A program made the translations under genes and the position numbers. The notes beneath the pieces are model-generated. The model ran no database searches. It saw nothing but the letters and a program-made list of their open reading frames with translations, and had not been told where the DNA came from. A DNA stretch of 24,000 bases from Synechococcales cyanobacterium (lineage in GTDB: Bacteria; Cyanobacteriota; Cyanobacteriia; Cyanobacteriales; Chamaesiphonaceae): NCBI GenBank assembly GCA_043755575.1, contig JAYUSR010000232.1:7787-31786 (forward strand), in the 5' to 3' direction. Of the stretch, positions 18,434 to 24,000 are shown piece by piece. Every line of letters begins with the position of its first letter. Positions within the stretch are counted from its first letter, which is position 1.

Positions 18434-19054
18434 ATGACATCAACCACATCAGCGTTAATCGTGAACTCCCCAGACTCTACCCAGATCCTAACCCAAGCAA
18501 TTATCGCCATATTGACTGGTAAAAGCGATCGAACACCCTCAGCCGATCTCACCAGCGCTCTATTAGGGGTGGAAAAACTAGCCAAACAAACCAAACTAGC
18601 TATCCCCATTACCGATCTGGTCGGTGAATGGCAGCTTTCCTTCGCCACCGGAGCCAAAAAATCCAAAAACAGAGCAGGAATCCGCCTCGGCAAAGGTTAT
18701 TATTTCCCCCAATTCATCCCAGCCAGTATCAGCTTTACACCAGATGTCAGCAACCCCAATATTGGAGAAATTGCCAATCAAGTAGCCGTCGGTTTAGTAC
18801 GCCTCAAGCTCACCGGACCCTACCGTTATTTGGGCAAGAAAAATCTGCTCGCCTTCGATTTTATTGATTTTGAAGTGCGGATTTTCGATCGAATCATTTA
18901 TCGAGGCAAAATGCCCAAAAAACAAAAGATCGATCTAGAGTTTGCCGGTAAGTCGATCGCTAATCTCCCATTTTTTAGCTTTATCTCAGCTAGTAATCAG
19001 GGCATTGCGGCAAGGGGACGTGGCGGTGGCTTAGCGCTATGGGTGAAAAATTGA
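18434..19054 (+). CDS. Fibrillin / plastid lipid-associated protein (PAP)-like protein
   Basis: LVGEWQLSF..., LKLTGPYRYLGKKNLLAFDF..., and the C-terminal IAARGRGGGLALWVK are typical of cyanobacterial PAP/fibrillin homologues. I prefer ATG 18434 (MTSTTSAL) over the tracked 18332 start, which overlaps the divergent antitoxin-like gene. Confidence 0.75.
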   Translation: MTSTTSALIVNSPDSTQILTQAIIAILTGKSDRTPSADLTSALLGVEKLAKQTKLAIPITDLVGEWQLSFATGAKKSKNRAGIRLGKGYYFPQFIPASISFTPDVSNPNIGEIANQVAVGLVRLKLTGPYRYLGKKNLLAFDFIDFEVRIFDRIIYRGKMPKKQKIDLEFAGKSIANLPFFSFISASNQGIAARGRGGGLALWVKN

Positions 19055-19082
19055 TCAGGATTGTGAAAGTGTGAGGCGATCA

Positions 19083-20219
19083 CTACCGATGAGTATAGAT
19101 AAACTCTGTAGGTGCTAGCTCCGAATCATCATCATCTTCCTCTAGCTCAAAATCATCATCTTCATTCTTATGACCAAACCGTTTCCGCATTTGATATTGA
19201 GGCACTTCCCAAGCTTCTGTGGTGTTCTCTAAATCAGCCAGCTGCTGCCACACCAAATTCAGTAACTCGTCTAAGTTATGACGAGTAGCTGCTGAAATCA
19301 GCAATACATCCTGGCCAGCCGCTTTTACTAATTCTGCTTGCAACACCGCTTGCTCTTCGTCATCCAAAGCATCAATTTTATTGATTGCCAAGATTTGTGG
19401 CTTGTTGTCCAACGATTGATCATAGGCCAATAATTCTTGGCGGATTGTGCGGTAGGCTTCGATCGGATCTGCCCCCGTCCCATCCACCAAATGCACCAGC
19501 AACTTAGTGCGCTCAATATGCCGTAAAAACTCATGGCCTAACCCGGCTCCCCCAGCAGCGCCCTCAATCAAGCCTGGAATGTCCGCAAACAAAGTCCCGT
19601 CACCAGTGGGCTTCCTAACCACCCCCAAATTCGGCACCAGCGTTGTAAACGGATAATCTGCCACTTTGGGGCGCGCTGCCGATAAAGCTGAAATTAAAGT
19701 CGATTTACCAGCATTGGGCATTCCAATAATCCCCACTTCTGCTAAAAGTTTTAGTTCTAAGCGGATCGATCGAACTTCTCCTGGCATTCCTGGTAGCGCC
19801 TTTTCTGGTGCCCGGTTGCTGTTGGTTAAAAAACATTGGTTGCCCAAACCGCCTTTGCCACCTGCCGCCACGCAAAATTGTTGACCGGATTCAACTAAAT
19901 CAGCCAAAACCTCGGTGGTATCTAAATCATAAATAATTGTCCCGCAAGGCACTTCCACAATTAAGTCATCCCCCGATGGACCAGTGCAATTCTTCGAGCC
20001 GCCTTTTTGTCCATCTGGAGCCTTAAAACGGCGGCGATAGCTAAAGTCTAATAAGGTTTGCAGGTTTTCTACGGCCATCAAGTGTACCGAACCACCCCGT
20101 CCCCCATTACCGCCCGATGGTCCACCCGCTGGTACAAACTTCTCCCGGCGAAAAGCAACCACTCCATCGCCACCATTACCAGCGGCTACTTCTACTTCGG
20201 CCTGATCAATAAACTGCAT
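19083..20219 (-). CDS. obg: GTPase Obg/CgtA
   Basis: Glycine-rich Obg fold [46 protein letters not shown] motifs [22 protein letters not shown]. Acidic C-terminal tail [15 protein letters not shown]. Confidence 0.96.
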   Translation of the reverse strand: MQFIDQAEVEVAAGNGGDGVVAFRREKFVPAGGPSGGNGGRGGSVHLMAVENLQTLLDFSYRRRFKAPDGQKGGSKNCTGPSGDDLIVEVPCGTIIYDLDTTEVLADLVESGQQFCVAAGGKGGLGNQCFLTNSNRAPEKALPGMPGEVRSIRLELKLLAEVGIIGMPNAGKSTLISALSAARPKVADYPFTTLVPNLGVVRKPTGDGTLFADIPGLIEGAAGGAGLGHEFLRHIERTKLLVHLVDGTGADPIEAYRTIRQELLAYDQSLDNKPQILAINKIDALDDEEQAVLQAELVKAAGQDVLLISAATRHNLDELLNLVWQQLADLENTTEAWEVPQYQMRKRFGHKNEDDDFELEEDDDDSELAPTEFIYTHR

Positions 20220-20299
20220 ATGTGGGGGAACTTAAAATAAATTCTCTTGAATGTGGTATCTTAACTTTTTTTAGACGGGGTTGCACTAAGTGTTTCATT

Positions 20300-20333
20300 A
20301 AAAAAGCAGGGTTGTATATCACCCCTGCTTTTT
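20300..20333 (-). terminator. Rho-independent terminator of the apcABC operon (symmetrical, could act bidirectionally)
   Basis: AAAAAAGCAGGG-ttgtatatcac-CCCTGCTTTTT: a GC core stem of 6 bp flanked by complementary A and T runs, 22 nt downstream of the apcC stop. Confidence 0.7.
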
Positions 20334-20354
20334 CGCAATATCTTAGTCTTTTGA

Positions 20355-20558
20355 CTAGAGCAGACCGGTATTTGCACCAGGCTTACCAGTAGCTAATTCT
20401 ACCTTCACGATCTTGCCACCCATCTTCATGATGCGCTGCTGCTCGCGAAACCAGTTGTCGTAAGGTACTAACTTCGTGAAGTAAGTATTTTGTAATTCCC
20501 GTTGGGTGCGAGTCCGGCTGAGGCTAGGCACACAAGCAGTGACTTTAAACATCCGCAT
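20355..20558 (-). CDS. apcC: Phycobilisome core linker polypeptide LC7.8
   Basis: 67 aa: MRMFKVTACVPSLSRTRTQRELQNTYFTKLVPYDNWFREQQRIMKMGGKIVKVELATG. CpcD-like small core linker located downstream of apcB. Confidence 0.95.
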   Translation of the reverse strand: MRMFKVTACVPSLSRTRTQRELQNTYFTKLVPYDNWFREQQRIMKMGGKIVKVELATGKPGANTGLL

Positions 20559-20781
20559 GATGACGTTTCTCCCAAAAACTTGTTTTCTTAATGAATAAGC
20601 TTAGATTTTTACATTCTTTAGCGATTATTGATCACCAAATTCAGTATTTATAAATATTTAAAAGTCTGGACAGCTAGTACCTACAGTAGCTCATTAAAAC
20701 TGAATCTATTCAGATTAGCTTGTGCAGAGCTAGTATCTATACCAACTTTCCAGACCCTAAATCATCGTTTCTCGATCGATA

Positions 20782-21267
20782 CTAGCTCAAGCCAGAACAG
20801 GTGTAGTCTAAATAAACACCCATTTCTTTACCAGCATCAGCACCTACTAAACTAGCAGTTACTTCTTTCATGGCTTGGATTGCTTGGACAGTCGCAGCAA
20901 CTGGAACGCCCAGGGAGTTGTAGGTTTCTTTCAAACCATTCAATACGCGCTCATCCAAGATGGAAGGGTCGCCGGCTAGCATAGCGTAAGTAGCGTAGCG
21001 CAGGTAGTAGTCTAAGTCACGAATACAAGCAGCATAGCGGCGAGTAGTGTACATGTTGCCACCGGGACGAGTGATGTCCGAGTACAACAAAGACTTAGCA
21101 ACAGCTTCTTTCACGATAGTGGCGGCATTGGCGCTGATTGTGCCAGCAGCACGCACTCGCAGTTCGCCAGTACCGAAATAAGCTTTGAGTTTGCCCAAGG
21201 AGCTGGCGTCCAGGTATTTACCTTGAACGTCAGAGGAGTTAATTACAGCAGTAATTGCGTCTTGCAT
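20782..21267 (-). CDS. apcB: Allophycocyanin beta subunit
   Basis: 161 aa: [20 protein letters not shown]...[45 protein letters not shown]. Bilin-binding Cys is in the AACIRD context. Confidence 0.98.
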   Translation of the reverse strand: MQDAITAVINSSDVQGKYLDASSLGKLKAYFGTGELRVRAAGTISANAATIVKEAVAKSLLYSDITRPGGNMYTTRRYAACIRDLDYYLRYATYAMLAGDPSILDERVLNGLKETYNSLGVPVAATVQAIQAMKEVTASLVGADAGKEMGVYLDYTCSGLS

Positions 21268-21330
21268 TGTTTTAAATTCCTTAACTGATTTACTGTAGTC
21301 GCTTTAGTTAATGATTGTGGCGTGAGCAAC

Positions 21331-21816
21331 TTAGCCCATTGCACCAATCACGTAGTCGAAGTATGCACCAGCTTCAGCTGCATCTTCTGCGGACATCATC
21401 CCTACAGCAGCATCCTTCATAGCGCGAACGCCACCAACAACTGCATCGATGGGAGTACCCAAAGACTTGTACATTTCACGCACACCAACGATACCGATTT
21501 CTTCGATCGGAGTAACATCGCCAGCAACTACGCCGTAAGTAACTAGACGTAGGTAGTAGTCTAGGTCACGCAAGCAAGTAGCAGTCATTTCTTCACCGTA
21601 GGCGTTTCCACCAGGAGAAACAACATCAGGACGTTGTTGGAAAAGTTTGTTGCCAGCTTCTTTAACGAGACGCTCACGAGAGTCAGTTAGAGATTGAGCA
21701 ATCCGAAGACGACGCTCGCCAGAAGTCACAAAGGACTTGATCCGGTCTAGTTCGCCGGGGCTGAGGTAACGAGCTTCAGCGTCTGCATTGACGATCGCTT
21801 TGGTGACGATACTCAT
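21331..21816 (-). CDS. apcA: Allophycocyanin alpha subunit
   Basis: 161 aa: [30 protein letters not shown]...[46 protein letters not shown]. Confidence 0.98.
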   Translation of the reverse strand: MSIVTKAIVNADAEARYLSPGELDRIKSFVTSGERRLRIAQSLTDSRERLVKEAGNKLFQQRPDVVSPGGNAYGEEMTATCLRDLDYYLRLVTYGVVAGDVTPIEEIGIVGVREMYKSLGTPIDAVVGGVRAMKDAAVGMMSAEDAAEAGAYFDYVIGAMG

Positions 21817-22136
21817 TATTAGGTATTACTCCAAGAAAAGTTATTAACCAGTTGTTTATCACTGGTCTTACCAGTCAAAACTACGGATGAAAGCTGACCT
21901 CAGGCATTTATACTTAGCCAAATCTCAATTTTTCAATTAAACAATTCAGCGGCATCAAGATGCTAGAAGTTATTCAGCTACCTCCCGCAAACATTCTGCG
22001 ACATTTGGGCGTAAATCTATAGGGTGCTGTAACAGTTCGTAATAATAAGGCTAAGTTGTTATCATTTTTGAATTTCTTCCATAGCACTCTGATATGCTAA
22101 CGTCCTGTGCCGTTCTTTAATTTCTCAATTGTTTCA

Positions 22137-23348
22137 ATGACATTAGATTGGATTACGCCAGCTACTCGTGTACGCAACCTGCCGCAGTATGTGTTCGTTC
22201 GGTTAGATGAACTGAAAGCCAATGCCCGTCAGCAGGGTATTGACTTAATCGATCTGGGTATGGGCAACCCGGATGGGGCACCCCATGAATCGGTAATTAC
22301 TTCTGCCAAGAATGCCTTAGATAACCCTAATATTCACGGCTATCCACCTTTTGAGGGCTTGAGTAGTTTTCGGCGGACAATCGCTGATTGGTATCAGCGT
22401 CGCTATGATGTGACCTTGAACCCTGAAAACGAAGCTTTGCCACTGATGGGTTCTAAAGAGGGATTAGCCCATTTGGCGATGGCCTTCATTGATCCCGGTG
22501 ATGTAGTTTTGGTACCCAATCCAGCTTATCCAGTGCATTTTCGGGGGCCGCTAATTGCTGGTGCTGATATTCATGAAATGCTGCTCACTGCCGAAAATGA
22601 TTGGGTGATCGATCTGGCTAAAATTCCCGAGGATGTCGCTCGCAGAGCTAAGCTACTATTTTTTAATTATCCCAGTAATCCTACTGGTGCAACTGCACCC
22701 CGCGAATTTTATGAAGAGATTGTGGCTTTCGCTCGCAAATACGAAATCATATTGGTGCATGACCTTTGCTATGCTGAGCTAGCTTTTGATGGCTATCAGC
22801 CTACTAGCTTGCTCGAAATCCCTGGTGCAAAAGATATTAGTGTGGAGTTTCACACTATGTCGAAAACTTACAACATGGCTGGTTGGCGAATTGGTTTTGT
22901 GGTGGGTAACGCTAAAATTATCCAAGGTTTGCGGACGATTAAAACCAACTTGGACTATGGGATTTTCGCGGCTTTGCAGTCGGCGGCGGAAACTGCCCTC
23001 AATTTACCAGATGAATATGTCTCGAAAGTCCAAAATCGTTACCGAGAGCGGCGCGACTTTGTTATTGAGGGTCTGGCCGAATTGGGTTGGAACGTACCAG
23101 TTACTAAAGCCACCATGTATTTGTGGGTACCTTGTCCGCCGGGAATTGGTTCGACGGAATTTGCCTTGAAAGTTTTGAGTGAAACTGGGGTGGTTTTAAC
23201 TCCTGGGAATGCTTTTGGAACTGGTGGTGAGGGCTATGTGCGCTTGAGTTTGATTGCTGATTGCGACAGGTTGGGTGAGGCAATCGATCGACTCAAAAAA
23301 GCTGGTATCACCTACAACTCTTTCCCATCCAGCGAAAATGAGAGCTAG
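22137..23348 (+). CDS. Class I/II PLP-dependent aminotransferase (AspC/AlaA/DapL-like)
   Basis: LPQYVFVRLDELKANARQQGIDLIDLGMGNPDG, NYPSNPTG, and the PLP-lysine context HTMSKTYNMAGWRIGFVVG. I prefer ATG 22137 (MTLDWITPA) over the tracked GTG 22107. Substrate specificity cannot be read from the sequence. Confidence 0.9.
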   Translation: MTLDWITPATRVRNLPQYVFVRLDELKANARQQGIDLIDLGMGNPDGAPHESVITSAKNALDNPNIHGYPPFEGLSSFRRTIADWYQRRYDVTLNPENEALPLMGSKEGLAHLAMAFIDPGDVVLVPNPAYPVHFRGPLIAGADIHEMLLTAENDWVIDLAKIPEDVARRAKLLFFNYPSNPTGATAPREFYEEIVAFARKYEIILVHDLCYAELAFDGYQPTSLLEIPGAKDISVEFHTMSKTYNMAGWRIGFVVGNAKIIQGLRTIKTNLDYGIFAALQSAAETALNLPDEYVSKVQNRYRERRDFVIEGLAELGWNVPVTKATMYLWVPCPPGIGSTEFALKVLSETGVVLTPGNAFGTGGEGYVRLSLIADCDRLGEAIDRLKKAGITYNSFPSSENES

Positions 23349-23392
23349 TTGCCTGACAACACATTTTTTCTAGTAATTCTTCGTGACTTAAA

Positions 23393-23734
23393 ATGAGTGA
23401 AACAATTTTTAGCCGGATTATCCGCAAGGAAATTCCGGCCGATATCGTCTACGAAGACGACCTGGTGCTGGCTTTTCGGGATATGAATCCCCAAGCGCCA
23501 GTGCATATTTTGGTAATTCCTAAGCAGTTGATCGAGTCATTGGCAACAGTTACTGCTGCCGAGCAAGCTATTTTAGGTCACATTCTTCTAATAATTCAAC
23601 GAGTTGCTAGTCAAGAAGGGTTAGACAACGGCTATCGGGTGGTCACAAACGTTGGTAGTGATGGTGGTCAGACAGTTTTTCACCTACATTTTCACTTGTT
23701 AGGTAAGCGTTCTTTGTCTTGGCCACCTGGTTAA
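23393..23734 (+). CDS. HIT-family (HinT-like) histidine triad nucleotide-binding protein
   Basis: IFSRIIRKEIPADIVYEDD...AFRDMNPQAPVHILVIPK...GGQTVFHLHFHLLG (HxHxHxx triad). Confidence 0.92.
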   Translation: MSETIFSRIIRKEIPADIVYEDDLVLAFRDMNPQAPVHILVIPKQLIESLATVTAAEQAILGHILLIIQRVASQEGLDNGYRVVTNVGSDGGQTVFHLHFHLLGKRSLSWPPG

Positions 23735-23781
23735 TGGACAATGTCTTTGACTTAGCCAAGAATTTATTTTTGTTAACACTC

Positions 23782-23810
23782 TTTACAAAAATAAATACTT
23801 AATCTAATAT
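23782..23810 (+). promoter_or_regulatory. Candidate sigma-70-type promoter of psbA
   Basis: TTTACA (23782-23787), a 17-nt AT-rich spacer, then TAATAT (23805-23810). This would give a ~50-nt leader before the ATG at 23869. Sequence inspection only. Confidence 0.45.
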
Positions 23811-23868
23811 GGGGATCAAGGTGCAAGCCCCATCTCGAACTTAAAAAATTCATCGTAATCATAAACAA

Positions 23869-24000
23869 ATGACAACTACTTTACAACGTACCGAGGCACC
23901 CAATGTTTGGGATCGCTTCTGTGGTTGGGTAACTTCTACCGACAACCGTGTTTACATCGGTTGGTTTGGAGTCGTAATGATCCCAACACTTCTTTCCGCT
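23869..24000 (+). CDS. psbA: Photosystem II D1 protein, 5' end (truncated by the window edge; absent from the ORF track)
   Basis: My translation is [44 protein letters not shown], the canonical D1 N-terminus. The frame is open to the end of the window. Confidence 0.93.
   Translation, partial: MTTTLQRTEAPNVWDRFCGWVTSTDNRVYIGWFGVVMIPTLLSA

Noticed and set aside
20628-20855. 75-aa + strand ORF spanning the apcB-apcC spacer.
   Set aside because: It is AT-rich and low-complexity, overlaps the apcB 3' end antisense, and lies inside a highly expressed operon transcript.
9818-23169. Further nested ORFs in the second half (9818-10015, 10576-10764, 11252-11446, 11737-11922, 13243-13455, 13936-14142, 16698-16946, 17289-17625, 17876-18097, 18370-18867, 19328-19884, 20058-20240, 21322-21546, 22786-23169).
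   Set aside because: Each overlaps a gene with clear family motifs on the other strand or in another frame. No independent support.

Overview
This is a cyanobacterial chromosomal window. The evidence is an apcA-apcB-apcC allophycocyanin operon, the 5' end of psbA, a lumenal TL15-like pentapeptide-repeat protein, a fibrillin/PAP-like protein, and heavy enrichment of the HIP1-core palindrome CGATCG. Most of the window is ordinary, densely packed core genome. On the + strand: topA, an S8 protease, serS, murA, an ArsA/Get3-like ATPase, a class I aminotransferase, a HIT protein and psbA. On the - strand: a long co-directional block running from a secreted protein through lysA, a small membrane protein, a coiled-coil protein, plsY and a methyltransferase to a YbjN-like protein, then obg, and the apcABC operon. 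I found no tRNA, rRNA, CRISPR array or intact transposon, and no convincing novel multi-gene system. The only clearly accessory stretch is about 15.8-18.3 kb. It holds an in-frame chimera of an Rpn/DUF2887-type N-terminus and a DUF1524 (GmrSD-type His-Me finger) C-terminus joined at a GCGATCGA site. It also holds a second decayed copy of the DUF1524 tail, which forms a roughly 90%-identical 100-bp direct repeat around an orphan BrnA-like antitoxin gene. The rest of the islet is an AraC regulator plus VOC/glyoxalase pair and an orphan antitoxin-like ORF that runs into the VOC gene. The second candidate is a tightly coupled trio at 3.3-5.8 kb: an S8 protease with a polytopic C-terminal membrane domain, a small protein joined by a TAATG overlap, and a lumenal pentapeptide-repeat protein. 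All family assignments come from motif recognition by eye and need HMM or BLAST confirmation.
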